DNA from: a virus
Strand: one strand, 5' to 3'
DNA length: 64,000 nucleotides
Virus record (IMG/VR): IMGVR_UViG_3300010334_000001
Span: 6,450-70,449 of that record
Position numbers and translations under genes: made by a program
Shown: positions 10,836 to 19,923 of the stretch, in pieces
Numbering within the stretch: the first letter of the stretch is position 1
How the letters are laid out: every line of letters starts with the position of its first letter
The notes under the pieces: generated by a model
Seen by the model: only the letters and a program-made list of their open reading frames with translations
What the model was told of the DNA's origin: nothing
The model's database searches: none

Positions 10836-10910
10836 TTAATGCTGCATCGTGACCATTTCGTTACACATGGTTAGTCGCTTTGAGGCATTGTGAGGCACTA
10901 CGCTTCCTTT

Positions 10911-11315
10911 ATGGACCGAGAAGTGATCCGGCGCGCATATGCCTGCTCCATCATGCTCGGAATCAGAGCCGGTGGCCATGCCGTGAACGTAAAAATTGAT
11001 GATTTCAGCGTTGATTACGAAACGGTCTCGTGGCGCTGTTTTGCCGTAGCCAAGGGGCTTCGGGCCGTCATGGCTGACCTTGATATTGCTGCCCCTGTCA
11101 CTCTTGATGAGCTGGCTGCGTGTGCGCGGGTTGAGGACCGCATGTGCGGTTCAGATCTTGAGGTCATTGAAAGCGATCTTGACGAGATGAAGAAGGCCGT
11201 GGGGGAGTCGATTGTGGATGCCCTGGCGGAACTGGTGGATAACCAGCCGTTATTGGAAATGGTTGCGGAGTTCCCCGTGAGCGACTTGATTGAGGAGATT
11301 TCATGGGCAGCCTAA
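10911..11315 (+). CDS. hypothetical acidic protein (start uncertain)
   Basis: ORF fills the gap and overlaps the next gene; alternative starts at 10890, 10953 and 10983. Confidence 0.5.
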   Translation: MDREVIRRAYACSIMLGIRAGGHAVNVKIDDFSVDYETVSWRCFAVAKGLRAVMADLDIAAPVTLDELAACARVEDRMCGSDLEVIESDLDEMKKAVGESIVDALAELVDNQPLLEMVAEFPVSDLIEEISWAA

Positions 11316-11734
11316 GTGACCTGAAGCGTTTCTTGATTTCTAAGGACGACACTGTTCCTGCGTATTTTCCTGCCGGTAAGGCGGCGACGGCTGCTGGTGT
11401 GGGTTCTGCTGGGCTTGGCGCTCTTTTGCTGCAGTCATCTAGACGACTTCCTGAGCGCACGGTAGACGCCCGTAATTCAGTACAAGGTGCTTACAACTAC
11501 CGCAGGGCCGTTTTAGCCAACACCACAGGTAAGAAAGCCACTCAGCGCGCGGCAATCAATGTGACGCAAGCGAAGAACTCTTTGATGCACGCCGACCGTC
11601 TTGTGGCCAGTGCACCTCATCGCCAAAAGCTGCTGCGTTCACGCGGGGCTCTTATGGCTTCAGCAGGCGCAGGGCTGGTGGGTTATGGCGCTTATGCCAA
11701 GAAGAAGAACCGCCAGGCGGGGTATCAGTCGTGA
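11303..11734 (+). CDS. basic Ala/Gly-rich head-region protein
   Basis: GAGGAG RBS; cationic, with AAGVGSAGLGALLL and AGAGLVGYGAY glycine-zipper segments. Confidence 0.6.
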   Translation: MGSLSDLKRFLISKDDTVPAYFPAGKAATAAGVGSAGLGALLLQSSRRLPERTVDARNSVQGAYNYRRAVLANTTGKKATQRAAINVTQAKNSLMHADRLVASAPHRQKLLRSRGALMASAGAGLVGYGAYAKKKNRQAGYQS

Positions 11735-12513
11735 GTCAGAACACTGCAGACAAGTATTCGTCGGCCGCGGCTGGTTCAGCAGTAGCGGGTGCTGCGGGTG
11801 GGTTTGCGTGGCGTAACGCTGCCAAGCGTAAGAATGCGGCTCGTGTGACAGTGGCAGAGCACGCCAATTGGCCGGCTGACCAGCGTTTGTCTGAGGTCAA
11901 TGCAGCGGCTGCCGCGGGAAAGACACGTGAGATCAGGAATCTGCGATCGGTTGCCTCTCGGCGTGAAACCCTAGCCGCCCGTACGCGCGCGCGACTTGTC
12001 CCCAAAGCAACCAAATCCAAGGTAGAGCGCTACACCGAGCCGGGCCGTTCAGGGTTCTATCCCGTGAATCGGCTTCGAGCTATGGACGCGTCTGCTGAAG
12101 GAAACAGGATGCAGGCGCGTGCGTTGGAGTTTGGCGTCAAGGCAAATCAGCGTGATTCCAGCAGGCTGGGTGCTCAAGCGGCTCATTCAAAGGCCAAGCA
12201 TGCGGCAGGGCTTAAAGACGTGGCTCGCAGTAGTCGAATGCTTCGTGCGGGACGAGTAGGGGCTCTCGCTGGTGCTGCAGGTGCTGTGGGGTTTGGTGTA
12301 GCCGCGGAGCGTTCCAAAGATCGTAAGAACAAGGCTCCAGTAGTGGAATTGAAGCGGATGCGTCCGAATGTGATTGATATGGACCGGTATCGGTCTGCTC
12401 GACCGTCTGCCGATGAACGTGGTTCCACGTTGGTTGATTTTCAGGGGTATCGCAAGCCGCTTTCGGCTAATGCCGGATCTACGTGGCTGAAGAACCACGG
12501 GAGGCAGTCGTGA
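11731..12513 (+). CDS. basic Ala/Arg-rich head-region protein
   Basis: GTGA coupling; AVAGAAGGFAW and VGALAGAAGAVGFGV segments. Confidence 0.6.
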   Translation: MSQNTADKYSSAAAGSAVAGAAGGFAWRNAAKRKNAARVTVAEHANWPADQRLSEVNAAAAAGKTREIRNLRSVASRRETLAARTRARLVPKATKSKVERYTEPGRSGFYPVNRLRAMDASAEGNRMQARALEFGVKANQRDSSRLGAQAAHSKAKHAAGLKDVARSSRMLRAGRVGALAGAAGAVGFGVAAERSKDRKNKAPVVELKRMRPNVIDMDRYRSARPSADERGSTLVDFQGYRKPLSANAGSTWLKNHGRQS

Positions 12514-14057
12514 GCATTGATTCATCAAGGCCCGTTGAGTACAACGGGTTTACTGACACGAATGGCGCTGATGATGAGTCGCTGAAGGAAGCCCTCAAGC
12601 TCGGCCCGTTTGTAGAGCTGGGTTCCACGGGTCTGCGTCGCGCCTCGGGCTATTTGGATGAGGAGTTCCTGCCTCAGTTGCGTGGCCGTAAGGCTGTGCA
12701 GATTTTCAAGGAGATGAGTGACAACGACCCGATGGTCGGTGCGCTTTTGTTCACCATCACCAATTTGATTCGTAACGTGGAATGGAATGTTAAGCCTGGT
12801 GGTAAGAGTGCTCAGGACGCTAAGGCTGCGGAGTTTCTTGAGTCGTGCCGCGATGACATGACCAACCCGTGGAGTGATTTCATTACAGAAATCCTCACCA
12901 TGTTGTCGTTTGGTTGGTCGTGGCACGAGATCGTGTATAAGCGCCGCGGCGGCATGTGGGACCGGGATCCTCGTCGCAGGTCCAAGCACAACGATGACCT
13001 CATTGGTTGGCGCAAAATGCCTATCCGCGCGCAGGAGACTTTGCTGCGATGGGTGTTTAATGATTCAGGCGACGTGCAGGCCATGATCCAGTTGGCCCCG
13101 CCTATTTACCGCATGACCACGCTTCCCATTGATCGAAGCCTGCTGTTTCGTTACCGCCATTACAAGGGCTCCCCTGAAGGCGTAAGTATGCTGCGTAACG
13201 CTTACCGGCCGTGGTACATGAAGAAGCGCCTTGAAGAGTTTGAGGCTGTGGGAGTGGAACGTGATCTTGCTGGCCTTCCGGTAGTGAAGGTTCCTGCGGA
13301 GATGCTGCGTGCGAAGGCGGGCACAGAGCAGGCGAAAGCTTTGGATGCGTTTAAGAAGATGGTTAAGAGCGTGCGCCGCGATGAGCAAGAGGGCGTTGTG
13401 TTCCCGATGGCGTATGACCAGGACACGAAGCAGCCGCTGTATTCGTTTGAGTTGATGGGTGGCGGTGGTGGCCGCCAGTTCAATACGGACGCGATCATTA
13501 AGCGTTATGAGGAGCGCATCCTCATGACGGTCCTTGCTGATTTCATTTTGGTTGGGCATCAGTCAGTTGGCTCCTACAGCCTGCACACGGACAAGACTGG
13601 CATCTTCCGTACGTCCTTGAACACGATCGCGAAGTCCATTGCAGACGTACTGAACCGCTACGCAGTTCCTCGCCTGTTTATGGTGAACGGCTGGAAGCCG
13701 GAAACGCTGCCTTATTTTGAGCCTACGGACGTGGATTCACCTGATATCGCGCAGTTGGCTGGGTTCATGCAGGCCATGGCCGGCACCGGTGTTACGTGGT
13801 TCCCGGATGGTGATTTGGAGAACTTCGTGCGTGAGGCCGCGCGTCTGCCCAAGCTTGATAAGGATCAGGTGGAGATGCGGCGCATGCTGCAGCTGCGGTC
13901 GGAAGCAACGGAGTTTGCGACGGCCAATACCGAGTATTTGATGGCCCAGAACAATCAAGCCATGGCTGCCGCTGGCCAAGACCCGATGCAGGCGCAGGGC
14001 GCTACGGGCCAGCAACAGGAATCTGGCAAAGACGAGAAGCCGGGGAGGTCGCAGTGA
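12510..14057 (+). CDS. portal protein (DUF935/Mu gp29-like)
   Basis: ELGSTGL, M.DNDPMVGALL, FGWSWHEIVYK, SPEG.SMLRNAYRPW..KK, VERDLAGLPV, GSYSL. Confidence 0.88.
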   Translation: MSIDSSRPVEYNGFTDTNGADDESLKEALKLGPFVELGSTGLRRASGYLDEEFLPQLRGRKAVQIFKEMSDNDPMVGALLFTITNLIRNVEWNVKPGGKSAQDAKAAEFLESCRDDMTNPWSDFITEILTMLSFGWSWHEIVYKRRGGMWDRDPRRRSKHNDDLIGWRKMPIRAQETLLRWVFNDSGDVQAMIQLAPPIYRMTTLPIDRSLLFRYRHYKGSPEGVSMLRNAYRPWYMKKRLEEFEAVGVERDLAGLPVVKVPAEMLRAKAGTEQAKALDAFKKMVKSVRRDEQEGVVFPMAYDQDTKQPLYSFELMGGGGGRQFNTDAIIKRYEERILMTVLADFILVGHQSVGSYSLHTDKTGIFRTSLNTIAKSIADVLNRYAVPRLFMVNGWKPETLPYFEPTDVDSPDIAQLAGFMQAMAGTGVTWFPDGDLENFVREAARLPKLDKDQVEMRRMLQLRSEATEFATANTEYLMAQNNQAMAAAGQDPMQAQGATGQQQESGKDEKPGRSQ

Positions 14058-14314
14058 CGTACCGCATTCATGAGGCGTCCCGTCGTGCTGGCGTGGGCAT
14101 GTGCGCTCTGGTGATGGAGGGTGATGAGTTCTCAGCCAATCAGTTGCTTCGCATGTACGTCACGGAGGCATCAGATCATGGGGTAGGGCTTCAAGACGCG
14201 CTTGTCATGTTGGCGAAATCAGCATGCGGTATTGCGGTTGGGCTTGCTGCTGACACGAACACAGGCACGGAGTGGTTTCATCGGGTGGGCTTGGGATTGG
14301 CGGCACGCTCATGA
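14054..14314 (+). CDS. hypothetical protein
   Basis: GGGGAGG RBS; coupled on both sides. Confidence 0.55.
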   Translation: MTYRIHEASRRAGVGMCALVMEGDEFSANQLLRMYVTEASDHGVGLQDALVMLAKSACGIAVGLAADTNTGTEWFHRVGLGLAARS

Positions 14315-16458
14315 GTAACGACCGTTTGCATGCTGCTGAGGCGACAGCTATTGGTGCAGGAATGATTGGTGGCGCGTCTGCTGCCAATTACGGCCTTGAC
14401 CGCATGTTGGAGCGTAAGAAGGTTAAAACGCCTCCTCGCGCCATTCTTCACGAGGCAAAAAGGCTTGTGCGCGGTGGCGGTAAGACTGCTGCGCATCCGC
14501 TTCATGTGCCTTATGTGGCGGGCAAGGTGGCTACGACGTCAGTGCGCGCGGTGGGTTTGCCGCTGGCAGCGTACGGGGCGTTCAATTTGGTTTCTCCTGG
14601 GGACAGGGTTGCGCGTGTCCGCCTTAAGGATGATGTGGTGAAGCCGACGGTGCGTACGGCTACGGGTTTTGAGCAGGCTAATCGGGCTAAGTCTCGGATC
14701 AAGACCAATCGCGAGGCCCGTAAGCGCACTCAGATGGTGAAGTCTGCTTTGACTGATAAGGAATACAACCAGTTACAACATCGCAAGACAACTGGTCGAA
14801 ACATCTCTCTTGCAGCAGGAACAATGGGGCTAACAGCGTTGAGTTTGCGCGCTCCTGAACTTGCTAGAGCCACGTCAAAGGTCCCTCGCGTTGGTAAGTT
14901 GAAGGTTTTGCAGAATCTTGCTCGACGAGAGAAGGGCGCCACACAAGCATCCAATGCGCTGGGTATTGCCGCAATTGGTACGGGAAGCGTCGGGTCATTC
15001 AACTATGCCGCGCAGCAGAAGCTTGAGCAGAAGAAGTTTGCCAAGGGACTGCCGAGAGTATTGAAAGTTCCCAACACAAAGAACCTAGATCGGCGGTTGC
15101 AGCATTATGCCCAAGTCCCGGCAAATGATTACGCACTTCGTCGTATTGAGTCGGTGCGCAACGGCAGGTCGATTGCGCGAAACATGAGCAGGAAGGGCAC
15201 TCCGAATATTGAAAGTCTGGAGCCGTTTGATCGCACAAAGTTGACGACAGCCCGACGATTCCGTACACAGTCGCGAAATGCTCTTGCTGGTAAGCCGTAT
15301 TCGGGTCCAGAGTCTGGGCAGTACAAACGATGGAATCCGGTTGCTAAGGCTCAACTGCCCTTGCCGGGTATGCCAGACAAGCCTTTGCGCGCTTTGCGTA
15401 CCGGTAAGCGAGTGTGGGTGAGTCCTGTGGGTCGTCAAGAGGTAGTGACTGATCACGGTCCTACCGTTAATGGGTTGCACAAGATCACCCGGCTTCATCC
15501 AAAGACAGGTGCGGAGACTGCTTATGTCACTGATCCTAAGAAGCTTGGGGCGTGGGTGAAGTTTGGTAAGTCTGCTGCGTGGGAGCGTGCTGCGGGTAAG
15601 AACCCTAAGGGTGGTTTGAACGAGAAGGGCCGGGAGTCGTATCACGCACAGACGGGCGGGACGCTGAAGGCTCCGGTGAAGTCGGGTGACAATCCGCGTC
15701 GGGCGTCGTTCTTGGCTCGGATGGGCAATATGCCTGGCCCAGAGTTCAAGCCCAATGGTGAACCGACACGTCTGTTGCTGTCTCTTCGTGCGTGGGGTGC
15801 GTCAAGTAAGGACGATGCTCGACGCAAGGCGAAGGCTATTTCTGGGCGTGATGGTGTGGGTAAGGCGTTGACGAGTGAGCAGAAGGCTCGTGCGAAGGCT
15901 CGTGCGCGTGCGGCTGGTCGGCCGTATCCGAATGCTTTTGACAACATGGTGGCTGGTGGCGCGCCGTGGCGTAAGGGCGTGCACAAGGCTGATGATCGGT
16001 TTTTGAGCAAGTATCGGGAGAGGATTTCTCCTGAGGCCGAAGCCGGATACAAGTATTTGAAGAGAGGCCGTAACCGGGCTACCGGTAATGCTGCACTAAA
16101 TGCTGCACTTACGCCCATTAATGCTCATGCCGCAGTTAACGGGTTCCGTCACGGTGGCAAGGCGGGTGTTGCGTGGGGCGCAACAGGTGCGGGTTTGACG
16201 GCGTTGACGGGCATGGGTGCGGTTACACAGGGACGTAAGGCTGTCCGTTGGGACAAGCGGATGGCCGGTATTGAATCAAAGGCTAAAGAGCGCGCTGCTG
16301 CTGGCGTGTACGGCCGTGGACGTGTGGTGGAAAAAGGGCTGATTCCGGTGATCAAGCCGCGTATCCCTTTGGCTGCACGTAAGCCGGCTATTAGATCGGG
16401 TCATGTCGCCACGAGCGTTCTTGGCCGCAAATACACCGTTCGTGGATCAGTGAGGTAG
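14311..16458 (+). CDS. large, highly basic modular head protein containing a DUF6321-like domain
   Basis: SAAWERAAGKNPKGGLNEKGR...KAPVKSGDNPRRASFLARMG...LSLRAWG module at 15571-15840; modules bounded by x-x-K-[SAG] motifs. Confidence 0.65.
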   Translation: MSNDRLHAAEATAIGAGMIGGASAANYGLDRMLERKKVKTPPRAILHEAKRLVRGGGKTAAHPLHVPYVAGKVATTSVRAVGLPLAAYGAFNLVSPGDRVARVRLKDDVVKPTVRTATGFEQANRAKSRIKTNREARKRTQMVKSALTDKEYNQLQHRKTTGRNISLAAGTMGLTALSLRAPELARATSKVPRVGKLKVLQNLARREKGATQASNALGIAAIGTGSVGSFNYAAQQKLEQKKFAKGLPRVLKVPNTKNLDRRLQHYAQVPANDYALRRIESVRNGRSIARNMSRKGTPNIESLEPFDRTKLTTARRFRTQSRNALAGKPYSGPESGQYKRWNPVAKAQLPLPGMPDKPLRALRTGKRVWVSPVGRQEVVTDHGPTVNGLHKITRLHPKTGAETAYVTDPKKLGAWVKFGKSAAWERAAGKNPKGGLNEKGRESYHAQTGGTLKAPVKSGDNPRRASFLARMGNMPGPEFKPNGEPTRLLLSLRAWGASSKDDARRKAKAISGRDGVGKALTSEQKARAKARARAAGRPYPNAFDNMVAGGAPWRKGVHKADDRFLSKYRERISPEAEAGYKYLKRGRNRATGNAALNAALTPINAHAAVNGFRHGGKAGVAWGATGAGLTALTGMGAVTQGRKAVRWDKRMAGIESKAKERAAAGVYGRGRVVEKGLIPVIKPRIPLAARKPAIRSGHVATSVLGRKYTVRGSVR

Positions 16459-16467
16459 GGGCAGGCT

Positions 16468-19400
16468 ATGGGCGTGCTGAGTGTTGTGTCGAAGGTCTTC
16501 CGTGAGGATGAGGAGGCTGGTTCTGCGCTGGTGGAAATGGTGGTTTATGACTACCTGACTGATCTGGCAAAGCAGTATCGGCCCGTGTTTGACGCGGTTG
16601 TGGGCCCGTGGGCTTTGGATCGTGTGCAGGTTGCTAAGCGTCAGCTTGCTCGAGGTTACGTATCGAAAGCGGTACAGGGGACGTATCCGGATGAGGAAGT
16701 ACAGCAGGTTGCCCAGTGGCTTGCTGGTCTGGAGCAATTCCTTGTGGCTGCCGTGGAGCCAGAACCTGTGGGCAAGGCGTTTGAGTGGTGGACGTTCAAT
16801 GGAAACAGTCAGCAACGGTCAGTCAACCGAGATGCTCTGGGGCGCTTTTCTCAAAGCATTTCACAGGATCCTGTAGGACGTAGCACGGCTGGACTCAGCA
16901 CGGCGGATTTGCATCCTGAGATTCGCGGGCTTGTTGACACGGACGGAAGCATTAAACCGTCTAGCCTGTCGGGCACGGCCCAAGAGCAGGCTGACCAGGT
17001 CGAGCGCATTAAGTTTGCTCAGGCGCAGTGGCAGGAAGCCGAGCAGTTCATTGGTGAACTTCAGCGAGGTCTCCCTAAAAGTGTCCGCGATGAAGCTGAA
17101 GCGACGCTGTGGGTGCGTAATGGCAATGGTCTTCGAGCCATTCGTATTCCTTTGAAGGATGTCAAGAACGGCAAGATCCCCAATCTTGGAACGCAACGCC
17201 CGGATATCACGGAGACGCTTTCTCACGTTGATATTAATCCGGGGCCTGATGCTGGCCGGGAGACGATTCAGCAGATTGCTGCTTTGAACATGTTGGGGTC
17301 GACTGGGTCAAAGGCTGCTATTGGTGTGGCAATGACTGACCGCGCCAAGTGGAATGCTTTGGCGTCGTCTCTTAATGTGGATCCGAAGTCGCGTGACTCT
17401 AAGCTGACTCGATTCTTTAATCAAATGGCTGCAGGCGGCGGTGTTTTGACGGGTGTGCCTGGTGCTGGCCAGTACGGCCGTTTCGCGCAGTTTGTGGGCG
17501 AGATGGGTCCTGAGGCAGAGAAGGTGCTGGGCCCGTACGTGCAACGTGCGGCTTATCGTTACCGGGGCACGGAGACCAGTCCGGACAAGAATCTTGTGCG
17601 CATGTTCAACGGCGCGGAGATGGGACAGGTTGATGCTCTTGCTTCGGGACGTTTTAGCCGTGAGCAGGAAGCGGCCGCCGCTGCTGCAGTGAATGGTCCT
17701 CGCGCAGCGGAGAAGCTGGGTTCGCGTCTGATGATTGACGCTGTTCAGCGTCGCCAAGAGGGTTTGACCAGTGATTCGTTGAAGATGCAGGTGCGGGCGG
17801 ATATGGCTGGCGCGGAGCTTGCCCAGACGTTGCCGAAGGATCCGATCATTGCGCGCTTGTCTCAAAAGGCGGGCACGATTCTGCCAAGCCAAGGCATTTT
17901 GATTAACGCGGACGGAAAGATTGTTTCTCAGGCTGTGGGGTATGCCGATGACCATTATTTGCCTTTTGATTTGAAGAATCTTTCGGCTTTGCGTGGCGGT
18001 CAGTTTGTGCGTACTCGTCAGGCGGGTGGCCTTACGGGCGAGGACGTGTATTCGGCTGTGACCATGGGTGCTCGGATGGTGACGGTGGTGTCTCCTTCTG
18101 GCGTGTTCACGTTGGAGATGAGCCCTGATTTCCGTGGCGCTCGAGCGATGAGTGATAAGGCTCGTGGCATGTACGACCGGTACTTGAAGATTCTTGACGC
18201 GGTTGAAGGGTCAGGAATGTACCTTGAGGATATTCCGGCTGCTGACAAGTTGAAGATTGAGCAGGATGTTAGGTCGCTTCGCTTGGATAAGGACCGCACG
18301 AAGGAACTGATTGACGAGCGGTTGAATGAGGCTCGTGAGAACGCTCAGCGCCTTAGTCCGGAAGAGATTGAGGGCATTGAGAGTGACCTTCTGGCCGATC
18401 GCTATAACGGTGCGCCGCGCGCGCGACTGCAGGGTGCTGATGCGCGACGTTTCGCTGATGAATTGGCTGAGGCTGTTGATGTTGCTCAGTCTACGAAGGC
18501 AAACAAACTGCGCCTGAATGGTCAGGGGTATGCGGTGGCGTTGCAGACTTTGCAACAGCAGTATCCGTATTTCATTCGCCGTGCTGGGTACGAGACTCTT
18601 AATGATTTTGCGTCCAAGCAGGGTCTGCAGGGGGTTAAGGGTCGCCAGTTTGCGTCTGATCAGGGTTATGTGCGCCCAGGTGGTTTGAAGGCGAACTCAA
18701 CGCAAGAGGGTTTTTATAAGCCTGCTGGTCCGCGTTCATTCAAGAGCGGTGATTCCGAATCGGTTGGTACCGGATCCGGTACCGTTCCTGCTTCGGCTGC
18801 TGCGGCAATTGCTGCTGAATCCAAGCCTAAATCGGAAAGCGCTTCGGATGCAGTTGCTCCTTTGAGCAGCCCTTTGCAGCAGCGGTTGTCTGACCGTGCG
18901 GAAGAGCTGTCGAAGGTGAGGGATAAGGCTGCGACGGATTTGGCTCACGAGTTCGGCAAAATTCCCATGGGCCTGAAGATAGACCCTAATCGGATACCGG
19001 GTAATGCCTTGACAATTATTGATGCCCTGTCAGGTACTAATACCGAGATCGTGGACTGGCTGGTGTCGCAGCCCGACAGCGATTTGAAAGACGCCATGGC
19101 TAATCCAAAGGGTTTTTTGAAATTGGTAGCGGCATTGTCGGATAGGGACGCTGTCACCTCGGTTCTTGCCAGACGCCTTTCTGAGGGCCAGGGGGTCCAA
19201 GACTTCTTTGCGGGCGGAAATGATCTTGGCGGAGCAAGAAATTACGACGACGCAGTTGAGTGGACTGTCCGCACAGCTCGTCTCGCGGCTGACGCTCAGT
19301 TGATGCAGCAGCCTTTCTCTGGCTCTCCGATTGCGGACAAGAACTCGTGGCGTGCTCCTACGGTGGATCCCATTGTGGCTGGCATTTCTGACAAGGACCA

Positions 19401-19923
19401 GTTGCTGGCTTATGCCTCAAGTGAGCCAGAGGTGTGGAATCGGGCTGTTGAACTTGCTACTGCGGGTGATGATTACGACTCTTTGACTGGTGTGGCTCAG
19501 AAGGCGCGGGAGCAATTGGCGTCTCTTGACCGTCTTGCTGACACTAAGAAGCGCGTGGAAGCCGCTCTCAATGACAAAGATCGCAAAGTCCTCCCTAAGG
19601 CGTCGGATTTTGCTGCTGAGGTTGCGCCGGCTTTGGGCAAGCCTGTGGATCAAGTCACTCTGGAAGACATTAGGAGCGTTAATCCTGATGATTTGAAGAA
19701 ACCTATTCTTGTTGCGTGGCAGTTAGCTGCGATGGGTCGGGCTCTGCAGTTTTTGGGAGAAGGTGAGGTGTTCCCAAAAGAGTCGGGCCAGCGTTGGCTG
19801 GTCAAAAAGTCTCAGAGTCGAGTCAGAGTTCTGAAGGCGAGCGACCCGTTGAGCCTGGCAGTGCAGGAGAGGGTTCGCAAGGGGATTCCGTTCGTCCCGA
19901 GCCGGAGACCTTTGACGAAATAA
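16468..19923 (+). CDS. 1151-aa head-region (probably internal/ejected) protein with a degenerate JAB/MPN-like domain
   Basis: Long ORF between portal and protease; PVGKA followed by an RDALGRF motif; LRGGQFVRTRQAGGLTGEDV...MVTVVSPSGVFTL. Confidence 0.65.
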   Translation: MGVLSVVSKVFREDEEAGSALVEMVVYDYLTDLAKQYRPVFDAVVGPWALDRVQVAKRQLARGYVSKAVQGTYPDEEVQQVAQWLAGLEQFLVAAVEPEPVGKAFEWWTFNGNSQQRSVNRDALGRFSQSISQDPVGRSTAGLSTADLHPEIRGLVDTDGSIKPSSLSGTAQEQADQVERIKFAQAQWQEAEQFIGELQRGLPKSVRDEAEATLWVRNGNGLRAIRIPLKDVKNGKIPNLGTQRPDITETLSHVDINPGPDAGRETIQQIAALNMLGSTGSKAAIGVAMTDRAKWNALASSLNVDPKSRDSKLTRFFNQMAAGGGVLTGVPGAGQYGRFAQFVGEMGPEAEKVLGPYVQRAAYRYRGTETSPDKNLVRMFNGAEMGQVDALASGRFSREQEAAAAAAVNGPRAAEKLGSRLMIDAVQRRQEGLTSDSLKMQVRADMAGAELAQTLPKDPIIARLSQKAGTILPSQGILINADGKIVSQAVGYADDHYLPFDLKNLSALRGGQFVRTRQAGGLTGEDVYSAVTMGARMVTVVSPSGVFTLEMSPDFRGARAMSDKARGMYDRYLKILDAVEGSGMYLEDIPAADKLKIEQDVRSLRLDKDRTKELIDERLNEARENAQRLSPEEIEGIESDLLADRYNGAPRARLQGADARRFADELAEAVDVAQSTKANKLRLNGQGYAVALQTLQQQYPYFIRRAGYETLNDFASKQGLQGVKGRQFASDQGYVRPGGLKANSTQEGFYKPAGPRSFKSGDSESVGTGSGTVPASAAAAIAAESKPKSESASDAVAPLSSPLQQRLSDRAEELSKVRDKAATDLAHEFGKIPMGLKIDPNRIPGNALTIIDALSGTNTEIVDWLVSQPDSDLKDAMANPKGFLKLVAALSDRDAVTSVLARRLSEGQGVQDFFAGGNDLGGARNYDDAVEWTVRTARLAADAQLMQQPFSGSPIADKNSWRAPTVDPIVAGISDKDQLLAYASSEPEVWNRAVELATAGDDYDSLTGVAQKAREQLASLDRLADTKKRVEAALNDKDRKVLPKASDFAAEVAPALGKPVDQVTLEDIRSVNPDDLKKPILVAWQLAAMGRALQFLGEGEVFPKESGQRWLVKKSQSRVRVLKASDPLSLAVQERVRKGIPFVPSRRPLTK
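19773..19803 (+). promoter_or_regulatory. programmed -1 ribosomal frameshift signal
   Basis: In-frame C CCA AAA heptamer, 6-nt spacer, hairpin GGCCAGC-GTTG-GCTGGTC. Confidence 0.75.
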
